A program made the position numbers and the translations under genes. Of a stretch of DNA of 64,000 bases, positions 56,789-64,000 are shown in pieces (the stretch's first letter is position 1; each line of letters starts with the position of its first letter). The notes under the pieces were generated by a model. That model made no database searches and was not told where the DNA came from. It saw nothing but the letters and a program-made list of their open reading frames with translations. Source of the stretch: Rhodothermales bacterium (lineage in GTDB: Bacteria > Bacteroidota > Rhodothermia > Rhodothermales > Bin80); contig OZ244794.1 of NCBI GenBank assembly GCA_965219915.1, forward strand, positions 849,118 to 913,117, read 5' to 3'.

Positions 56789-59182
56789 CTAGTAAGACAA
56801 CTGGTAGCTTAAAGCGGGGATTATGGGGAGTAGACTAAATTTCTTGAATGTGAGGTCCCCAGTTTCCTCTCGCTGGGCATAAATACTGAGGGCGTTTCTC
56901 CGGTTGTACGTGTTGTAAGTGCCGACCGATAATGTCCTTTTCAAACGTCTTCCCGTTCGCTTTATACGAACACTCAAATCCAATCGATGATAGGACGGCA
57001 TGCGTGCACCATTGCGCGAACTCTGCACACTATACAATTGAAGCCAGTTCGCCCGTCCCCATGGAAATGCTACAAATGTCTGGTGTTCTGCGTGAAGATG
57101 GCCGACAGGCAATGTAACGGCTTGGCCGGTGCCATAGACCCAAGACGCACTTATATCAAACGACGGCCGAAGTTTGTGGCTGATAACCAAGGCGGCATCG
57201 TGACGGCGGTCATATCGGTAAGGAAACCATGCCCCATCGTTGATATGTTCAAATTTTCGACGACTTGACGATAGCGTGTAGCCGATCCAGCCGGTTGTGC
57301 GACCGGATTGCTTTTGAAGAAAAATTTCGCCGCCGTAGGCAACGCCGCGTCCAGTCTCTACTCGGTCCTCCCATGTTCCCAATGTCGCGTTGAAAAAGTC
57401 GGCACCATCCTCGTACTCAATCAGATTTTGCAATTGTTTGTAGTACCCTTCGATGGAGATCTCAAATTTTCCACCGGAAATTGAATGCACGGCACCACCT
57501 GCAACCTGCATGGATTGTTGAGGCTTGATTCGTGCGGTCGCGGGTACCCACAAATCCGTGGGAAGGGACAAGCCGCTTGTAGTTGCCAGGAGATGAATGT
57601 ACTGCTGCATGTACGCCAAGGATGCCTTAAAGCTGGTTCTCGAATCCAGGCGGAAAAGCGTACCAATGCGTGGTTCAACCGAGTAGTAGGTCTTTCCGTC
57701 AATCAGAAAGCTCGAGGCGTGTATCCCCGTATTGAGGCGTACTCGTGGAGCCAGGCGCCAATCATCTTCGATGTAGGCTTGGAACTCCCCAGCTCTTGAA
57801 CGCCTGTTTGAGGTAACTGAGGAATAATCCAGCACATCGTTTACCTGATGGATTTCCTCATATGCTCCTGTGAGAAAGCTGTGCAACTGTCCTCCGAGCC
57901 CAAAACGAAGGTTATGACGGGCATTGGGAATAAATTCCGCGTCAGCACGGGCATGTAGATCGCGAATACCGGATTCGTACGAAGCAGTGTACTGACGGGA
58001 CTCAACCTCGGCATCACTAACATAGTGGGAGGTATACCGGTTTTCGTTGGTCGCAAGCAACGAGTAATTCGTGTAACCGACCAGCACATTTGAGAAAAAT
58101 CTCGCCCCAAATATATGGTTCCAGCGGAAGGTGCCCGTCAGATTACTCCAATTCAGTGCTGCCTCGTCCCTTTCATTATCGCTGTAATTATAACGCTGAT
58201 ACAGGCGGTCATCTCCCAAATAGCCACTCAGATATATTCGGTCTCTAGGGGTAAGAATAACGTTGGTCTTTACATTAATGTCGTAGAAATAGTATCCGAA
58301 ATCTTCATCTTCGTCACTAAGGAAGGGCCGGGCGAGTACATCAGCATAGGACCGGCGTCCGGCGACAAGAAAGGAAGCTTGATCCCGTATGATAGGTCCC
58401 TCAACGGTTAGGCGTGAAGCAAGAAGTCCGATGGCCCCTGCTCCCGCAAAGCGTTTCATATTCCCTTCCTTCATGGTCAGATCAATCACCGAGGAAAGCC
58501 GCCCACCGTAACGTGCGGGAAAACCTCCTTTAAGCAGTCGGACATCCTTTATTGCGTCCGGGTTAAAGGTGCTCAGGAATCCGAAAAGATGACTAGGATT
58601 GTAGATCTGCGTCCCATCAAGCAAATAGAGATTCTGGTCTGGACCACCCCCGCGCACATAGAGGCCAGTTGAACCTTCCACACCTGACTGAACTCCCGGC
58701 AGGAGTTGGATGATGCGCAAGACATCTACCTCTCCAAGGAGCGCCGGAAGAACCTCTACGTTTTGCACAGGCAGAGAGATGCCGCTCATTTGCGTTGTCT
58801 GAAGAGCTGATTCGGCGGAGGCAATAACCTCTATTTCGTCCAGAGCAAGTGTAATAGGAACTAGCGCGATATCCAGGCGGAGATCCTCCTGCGGTGCGTA
58901 CGTGATCACTTGTGGCACGTACGCGACATGATTGACGATCATCCGTACGCTATCCGGTTGGAGTGTCAGACTGTAGAAGCCGTATTGGTTTGTAGTTCCC
59001 CCTACATCCTGCGCAGTGACGTATAACGTCGCGCCTACCACCAACTCGCCGGTTTCAGCATCTGTAACGGTGCCACTCACTGTGACACGGTTCTCCTGTG
59101 CAACAGCGAAGGGAGAATGTTGTACGGAGAGGTAAACTGCAGCTGTAAACAGGAATGTTAGGCGAGGAAGGAGCTGCGGCAT
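56789..59182 (-). CDS. TonB-dependent receptor (CarboxypepD_reg + plug + barrel)
   Basis: VTVSGTVTDAETGELVVGATLYV, the plug LPALLGEVDVLRIIQLLPGVQSG...GLYVRGGGPDQNLYLLDG, and a C-terminal beta-barrel ending in SYQLSY. Confidence 0.9.
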   Translation of the reverse strand: MPQLLPRLTFLFTAAVYLSVQHSPFAVAQENRVTVSGTVTDAETGELVVGATLYVTAQDVGGTTNQYGFYSLTLQPDSVRMIVNHVAYVPQVITYAPQEDLRLDIALVPITLALDEIEVIASAESALQTTQMSGISLPVQNVEVLPALLGEVDVLRIIQLLPGVQSGVEGSTGLYVRGGGPDQNLYLLDGTQIYNPSHLFGFLSTFNPDAIKDVRLLKGGFPARYGGRLSSVIDLTMKEGNMKRFAGAGAIGLLASRLTVEGPIIRDQASFLVAGRRSYADVLARPFLSDEDEDFGYYFYDINVKTNVILTPRDRIYLSGYLGDDRLYQRYNYSDNERDEAALNWSNLTGTFRWNHIFGARFFSNVLVGYTNYSLLATNENRYTSHYVSDAEVESRQYTASYESGIRDLHARADAEFIPNARHNLRFGLGGQLHSFLTGAYEEIHQVNDVLDYSSVTSNRRSRAGEFQAYIEDDWRLAPRVRLNTGIHASSFLIDGKTYYSVEPRIGTLFRLDSRTSFKASLAYMQQYIHLLATTSGLSLPTDLWVPATARIKPQQSMQVAGGAVHSISGGKFEISIEGYYKQLQNLIEYEDGADFFNATLGTWEDRVETGRGVAYGGEIFLQKQSGRTTGWIGYTLSSSRRKFEHINDGAWFPYRYDRRHDAALVISHKLRPSFDISASWVYGTGQAVTLPVGHLHAEHQTFVAFPWGRANWLQLYSVQSSRNGARMPSYHRLDLSVRIKRTGRRLKRTLSVGTYNTYNRRNALSIYAQREETGDLTFKKFSLLPIIPALSYQLSY

Positions 59183-59193
59183 ACGGTATCTGA

Positions 59194-60957
59194 CTATTCG
59201 TCGGAAGAGATGCGGAATGTAGTTTCACTCACGAGGCTTTCCTGATACCCGTATCTAATTGCCTTTGCACGGATTGTAGTGGTCTGGTCGATCCTGAGTG
59301 GCGCAGAAAAAAGCAACCAATCGCCTTCCGTGCCGGTCTCGTCAACAATCGCGTAAGCAATTGAGGCCCCCTGTGTTCCGCTGTACATCGTTACGTCAAC
59401 GGCGCCGTCAAAAACTCCTCCACTTTGGGTGTGATCCAGACCGCCAGTCTGGATTGCCGTACGTGAGGTAGCTTGTGGGAGCATGATCGGGGCATCTGTA
59501 ACTGGCTGTTCCCCGTTCGGCCACATAGATTCAACCATGTCCAATTCAGATCGGAAGCCCCAGTCTCCACTCGTCGCGATCCAGCTGTCAAGCGCCTGTT
59601 GTAGGCGCATGAGCTCGTCCTTGTAGGTTGGATTGTACGCAAGATTACGGACCTCATATGGATCCTCAGCCGTGTCATAAAGCTCGTGAACCGGACGACG
59701 TGAGCGCATCCAAAGCGTTTGGGGACCGGTTAGCGCGCCGTCTGCATGAAGTCTAAAGAGCTCTTGCATCGTGGGCATTGCGTTCGCGAAGGCCATCCAG
59801 AGCGCGTACGGTTTTTCGGTTCGGTAGTTGCGGATGTATTTGTATCGCGTATCCCGTACAGCTCTTACGAGATCGTACTGCTCATCAAAACGATCCCTTG
59901 CTGCGTAGACATATTCGTGTGGAGGTTTATTGCCGGCGAAGTCCCCCAGAATTGCCCGTCCCTGAATGTGAGCTGGTGGCTCAATCCCCGCCAGTGAGAG
60001 TACAGTAGGCGCGAGATCCAGAAAGCTCACAAGCTCTTGATTGACATTGGGTGTCTGGCCCGGTGTATGGATGATCATGGGAACATGCAGGCCGGAATCA
60101 TACAGCCACCGTTTATGGCGTGGTAATCCATCACCGTGATCGCTCCAGAAAAACACGATCGTATTATCCAGTAGACCGTCCTCCTCCAATTGGTCAAGAA
60201 TCATACCTGCCTGAGCATCCATAACTGCGATATTGTCGTAATGCTGTGCAATATCGCGTCGCACGACGGGTGTGTCTGGATAATAGGGTGGTACGATAAC
60301 TACGTCAGGATCGGTTTCAAGCGGTGCAGGCGCCGGCACTGCAGCGAAAGCAGGCAGCCCCATGGCTTCCATGGCTGCTTCAGGGTCCGGCCAGATGCGG
60401 CTTTCGTGCGTTATCGTAAAATTAAACACCGAAAAAAAAGGTTGATCGGGATCCCGGCGGCCACGCCAATGGGCCTCAGAGCTGGATTCGTCCCAGGCTG
60501 TGGTTGGAGTTTCAAATTGGTAGTCCTCCTTCACATTATTGGTCGTGTAGTAGCCGGCTGCACGCAGATATTCCGTAAAGGTCTTAACATAATGAGGAGG
60601 GACCACACTGTACGGTGTGGGCTCGGGTGCAAACGGAGCTCCCGAGAGGGTCCTCATATGATGTGCTCCAAGACTGACTTGATGCATGCCGGTGATAATG
60701 GCTGCACGGCTGGGGGAGCACACCCCCGCAGTAGTAAATACACGTGTGTAGCGTGTACCACGACTAGCAAGTGAGTCCAGATGAGGGGTTCGGGCAACTG
60801 GATCCCCATAGGCCCCGAGTCTCGGTCCCATATCTTCGGCCGAAATCCAGACAATATTCGGTCGTTCCAGCGTAGCCGGTTCTTCAACTGCGCTTTCCGG
60901 TGCGGCACACGCGCACAACAGAAGGGGAAGAAGCCCAAGACGAATATATGATTTCAT
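59194..60957 (-). CDS. formylglycine-dependent sulfatase with an extra C-terminal beta-domain
   Basis: Signal/lipoprotein N-terminus (LLLCAC). PNIVWISAEDMG. FGly motif CSPSR in TTAGVCSPSRAAIITGMH. WSDHGD. Confidence 0.9.
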   Translation of the reverse strand: MKSYIRLGLLPLLLCACAAPESAVEEPATLERPNIVWISAEDMGPRLGAYGDPVARTPHLDSLASRGTRYTRVFTTAGVCSPSRAAIITGMHQVSLGAHHMRTLSGAPFAPEPTPYSVVPPHYVKTFTEYLRAAGYYTTNNVKEDYQFETPTTAWDESSSEAHWRGRRDPDQPFFSVFNFTITHESRIWPDPEAAMEAMGLPAFAAVPAPAPLETDPDVVIVPPYYPDTPVVRRDIAQHYDNIAVMDAQAGMILDQLEEDGLLDNTIVFFWSDHGDGLPRHKRWLYDSGLHVPMIIHTPGQTPNVNQELVSFLDLAPTVLSLAGIEPPAHIQGRAILGDFAGNKPPHEYVYAARDRFDEQYDLVRAVRDTRYKYIRNYRTEKPYALWMAFANAMPTMQELFRLHADGALTGPQTLWMRSRRPVHELYDTAEDPYEVRNLAYNPTYKDELMRLQQALDSWIATSGDWGFRSELDMVESMWPNGEQPVTDAPIMLPQATSRTAIQTGGLDHTQSGGVFDGAVDVTMYSGTQGASIAYAIVDETGTEGDWLLFSAPLRIDQTTTIRAKAIRYGYQESLVSETTFRISSDE

Positions 60958-62465
60958 GCGTCAGTACTGTCAGGTTCGACCGGGCTCAAGCTGAGACCGG
61001 TATTTATGTATAGTTCGGGCGCGGCAGACTGCAAACGCTCTGTCCCTGCCTCGGTGGTATTGGTTTGCCAAAGGTAGAGGGACTGCAGCTCGGGTAATTC
61101 CTCGAGATGAACCAGTCCAGAATCGGACACTGCTGTGCCATAAAGATTTAGATACTCCAAGTATTCCAAGTTGCTCAGATGCGCCAATCCCTCATCGGTA
61201 ACCGAGGTCTGCTGTAGATGCAGGCGCGTTATATGCGGCAGATCTGCGATCACCTCTACCAGATCGTTTCCAGCCTGGGAGCGTCCAAGATCAAGCCACG
61301 CGATGTTGGGGGCGAGTCGCAAAAGTGCTTCACGCATTTCACTTGTTCCTGTGCATGCTTCCAGGTCCATGCAGCGTACCTGCAGGTATGGTTCATTTTC
61401 AGCCAGGGGTGTGACGGATAATCCCAGATTAGCGAGTGCAATAATATCCATGGAATCCGGCGGAGCGGTATCCAGCGCGAAGATTCCAGTCCGGATTTCG
61501 TCCAGCCCCATACCATCCACAATAGTTTGGACAACGGGTGACCACTCAGCATCCGGAAGGAGCTCCTCAAAAGAGGCGCCTGCGTCAATCCACCAACGCA
61601 GCAGCTCGGCTTCCGCCACGGACAACTGGGGGCTCTCAATGGGCGGCATATGACCGTCCGAATTGAGCGGTAGCCACAAGCGGTGGATGAGCTCACTCTC
61701 ATGTGCGCGACCAGCGACAATCGGAGGACCGTCATCTCCACCCTCATTGATAAATTCGGGAGTATCCAAACGCAGTCCACCCCGCTGGGCGTTAGCGCCG
61801 TGACACGATACACATCTGGATTCAAAGATGGGTGCGATGAGGGCAGTATACGTAGTAGTTTCCGCGGGATTCTCTAATAGGAGACGTCCGATATCGGCTT
61901 TTTTCGGAAGTCCTGCAATCTGGCGCATGCCATCCGGCATATAGCGGGACAAATAATCTGGACCATGTGTCAACACGCCCCCAAAATGTCCGGTAAGTGC
62001 AACCACCAATAGCAGGAGCCCTACCGATATACCGTACATACGCGGCTCCCAGTGTTTAAGCCAGCGTTCTGAAAGGCCTGGCCAGGCTTTGTACAGGTAG
62101 GCCAGCGAAGCAAACAGGACGACCAGGATCCCCATGCGCTTATGCCAAGCCAATTGGCTAGCAGAATAACCACCGCCTTGGGCCAAGTACAGACCGAAAA
62201 TAACGGCCAGGATAGAACTCCAGACACCGATATACAGAAGTGCCAGAATTCCTGTATCATACCGTCCTCGCCAGGCCGGCCTCAATGAGAGACACTCAAG
62301 CAGGATCGCCACCACCAAGATCCCAATCGGCAGATGTACAACGACGGGGTGAAATCGTCCCAAGAACAGACTGAAGTCACTCGGTCGGCCAGAGCCAGGT
62401 ACGATGATTAACATTAATACCAGCAAGGCGAGGCCTGCACACATCCAGAACACGGACTGCTTCAT
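60954..62465 (-). CDS. polytopic membrane protein with a c-type cytochrome (CxxCH) domain and C-terminal leucine-rich repeats
   Basis: About 5-6 N-terminal TM helices. CVSCH at 61800-61814, followed by GGLRLD (planctomycete-type cytochrome c domain). C-terminal L..L..L.L..T.V.D.GL repeats. ATGA overlap with the sulfatase start. Confidence 0.75.
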   Translation of the reverse strand: MKQSVFWMCAGLALLVLMLIIVPGSGRPSDFSLFLGRFHPVVVHLPIGILVVAILLECLSLRPAWRGRYDTGILALLYIGVWSSILAVIFGLYLAQGGGYSASQLAWHKRMGILVVLFASLAYLYKAWPGLSERWLKHWEPRMYGISVGLLLLVVALTGHFGGVLTHGPDYLSRYMPDGMRQIAGLPKKADIGRLLLENPAETTTYTALIAPIFESRCVSCHGANAQRGGLRLDTPEFINEGGDDGPPIVAGRAHESELIHRLWLPLNSDGHMPPIESPQLSVAEAELLRWWIDAGASFEELLPDAEWSPVVQTIVDGMGLDEIRTGIFALDTAPPDSMDIIALANLGLSVTPLAENEPYLQVRCMDLEACTGTSEMREALLRLAPNIAWLDLGRSQAGNDLVEVIADLPHITRLHLQQTSVTDEGLAHLSNLEYLEYLNLYGTAVSDSGLVHLEELPELQSLYLWQTNTTEAGTERLQSAAPELYINTGLSLSPVEPDSTDA

Positions 62466-62506
62466 AGTGCCACCAAGAAAAGAGATATAGTTATAATTGA
62501 GAAGTA

Positions 62507-63970
62507 CTAGGCCAAGACCTGGTGCACAACATGTCCATGCACATCGGTCAAGCGAAAGTCTCGGCCCTGGAAGGGGTAAGTTAATCGTTCGTGATCAAAT
62601 CCAAGGAGATGCAGGATCGTAGCTTGCAGGTCGTGGACATGTACCTGACCGCTCACAGCGCTATATCCGATTTCATCTGTTTCACCATGCGTGATGCCGC
62701 CCTTAATGCCGCCACCAGCCAACCACATCGTATAAGCGTCGCTGTGATGATCCCGCCCGACAAAGGGGTTGTCCGTCCCGGAGCGGTTTTCCAGCATCGG
62801 TGTTCGCCCAAATTCTCCACCCCATATCACCAGGGTTTCTTCAAGCAGGCCGCGCTGTTCCAGGTCTTCCAGGAGTGCAGTAACCGGACGATCAGTTTCG
62901 CGACAGCGTTCTAGGAAGCCACCATTCAGAGCTTCACTCTCGCCTGCACCGTGTGAGTCCCATCCCCAGTGAAATAACTGAACGAAGCGAACCCCGCGTT
63001 CCACAAGTCTTCGTGCGAGCAGACAGTTATTACTGAATGCCGTTTCGCCGGGAGCAGTGCCGTACAACTCATGTATGTAGGAAGGTTCACGGCTGATATC
63101 CATGGCTTCCGGCACAGAAGTCTGCATGCGGAAAGCCATTTCATACTGCGCAATGCGTGTGAGAATTTCGGGATCACCAACCTCCTCGTACTGTTGCTGA
63201 TTGATCGTATTGATGGCATCAATGGATTTACGACGCAGGTCACGCGGTATGCCCTCCGGGTCACCCAAAAACAAAACCGGATCCCCTTTAGTTCTGCACT
63301 GCACTCCTTGGTATACTGTGGGCAGAAAGCCGCTTCCATACACACTGGCTCCCGCGTCCGGCGCAGCCCCACCGGAAAGTAGCACGACAAATGCAGGCAG
63401 GTTTGCATTCTCGGTACCAAGCCCGTAAGTCACCCAGGATCCCATACTCGGTCGGCCAAGCCGGGGGCTGCCCGAATGGACTAAAAGTTGCGCTGGAGCG
63501 TGATTGAATTCATCGGTGCGCATAGCCTTGAGGAAGGCGATCTTATCTGCAACGCGCCCCAAGTGCGGGAGGTGGTCAGAGATCCAGGCGCCCGACTCTC
63601 CGTGCTGACGAAAATTAGCCTGTGGTCCCAGCATTTTCGGTATGCCCCGGATAAATGCGAAGCGCTTGCCCTCCAATAGCGATTCGGGGCAGTCCTGGCC
63701 GTGAAGTCGCGCGAGTGTGGGTTTGTAGTCGAACAACTCCAATGGAGAGGGGCCGCCGGCCATATGCAAAAAGATCACGCGTTTGGCACGTGGTGCAAAA
63801 TGTGGTTTGCGCGGTGCCAACGGATCGAGAGAGCCGTTCGGGTCAGTTGCTTCGGCGGCACCAAGTGAGGCAAAAGCCATCGCCCCGAGTCCGGCACCCG
63901 CGGACTTCAGGAAGTGGCGACGAGTAATGTGCCCCAGGTATGCGTGTTGGGCTTCTTTAGTAAGACTCAT
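62507..63970 (-). CDS. DUF1501-family (sulfatase-fold) protein with a Tat signal
   Basis: Twin-arginine leader TRRHFLKSAGAGLGAMAF. HMAGGPSPLELFDYKP, WDSHG, GGEFGRTP. Confidence 0.85.
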   Translation of the reverse strand: MSLTKEAQHAYLGHITRRHFLKSAGAGLGAMAFASLGAAEATDPNGSLDPLAPRKPHFAPRAKRVIFLHMAGGPSPLELFDYKPTLARLHGQDCPESLLEGKRFAFIRGIPKMLGPQANFRQHGESGAWISDHLPHLGRVADKIAFLKAMRTDEFNHAPAQLLVHSGSPRLGRPSMGSWVTYGLGTENANLPAFVVLLSGGAAPDAGASVYGSGFLPTVYQGVQCRTKGDPVLFLGDPEGIPRDLRRKSIDAINTINQQQYEEVGDPEILTRIAQYEMAFRMQTSVPEAMDISREPSYIHELYGTAPGETAFSNNCLLARRLVERGVRFVQLFHWGWDSHGAGESEALNGGFLERCRETDRPVTALLEDLEQRGLLEETLVIWGGEFGRTPMLENRSGTDNPFVGRDHHSDAYTMWLAGGGIKGGITHGETDEIGYSAVSGQVHVHDLQATILHLLGFDHERLTYPFQGRDFRLTDVHGHVVHQVLA

Positions 63971-64000
63971 ATTAAATCGGAGAACGTCCAGTCTTAATCA

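Noticed and set aside
1-64000. Window-wide search for CRISPR arrays, tRNA/rRNA/tmRNA genes, transposases, integrases, phage genes, toxin-antitoxin pairs and known defence-system signatures.
   Set aside because: I saw no regularly spaced short direct repeats, no T-arm-like GGTTCGAATCC-type tRNA signatures, and no DDE, tyrosine- or serine-recombinase motifs. No helicase, nuclease or methylase combination typical of defence islands is present. The only repeats found are the two duplications reported above.

Overview
This is a 64-kb chromosomal segment with about 50 protein-coding genes. I recognise no rRNA, tRNA, CRISPR array, transposase or integrase. Several features point to a marine member of the FCB group, possibly Balneolales- or Rhodothermales-like; this is inference, not a search result. 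Those features are T9SS-type C-terminal sorting domains, a PorV/PorQ-like barrel, CarboxypepD_reg-type TonB-dependent receptors with a DUF4249-like partner, a bacilliredoxin, DUF1501 and c-type cytochrome/LRR proteins, sodium symporters, and A/T-rich start contexts with no Shine-Dalgarno sequence.

The left half (1-37 kb) is mostly housekeeping: czcD, phoH, dapF, a trans-sulfuration PLP enzyme, ppiD, rplU-rpmA, ltaE, greA, hslV/hslU, dacB, mreBC, purHN, ldcA, mscS and SSS symporters. The right half (37-64 kb) is envelope and nutrient-acquisition content.

Points worth a second look:
1. A NYN-like gene sits between hslV and hslU and is translationally coupled to hslU.
2. A terminator-delimited operon encodes a 1127-aa TonB-dependent receptor, a 780-aa unknown protein with a T9SS tail, and its own PorV/PorQ-like barrel. 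Three tandem CRTAC1/ASPIC-UnbV lipoprotein paralogs, a TPR lipoprotein and an alpha/beta-fold protein follow it.
3. A 1.71-kb tandem duplication of a Wzx-like flippase gene has a readable junction, inside a compact FemAB-like / polytopic membrane protein / flippase block packed directly behind hslU.
4. Two candidate pseudoenzymes: an NlpC/P60 with Cys to Ala, and an alpha/beta hydrolase with a degenerate nucleophile elbow.
5. A decayed DUF4249 3' remnant forms a roughly 220-bp direct repeat around a DUF488 gene.
6. A plant-type LRR protein is likely T9SS cargo.
7. A cluster encodes DUF1501, a membrane c-type cytochrome/LRR protein, a sulfatase, a TBDR and a DUF4249 protein.

All family names are recognised by eye from motifs; no database search was run.
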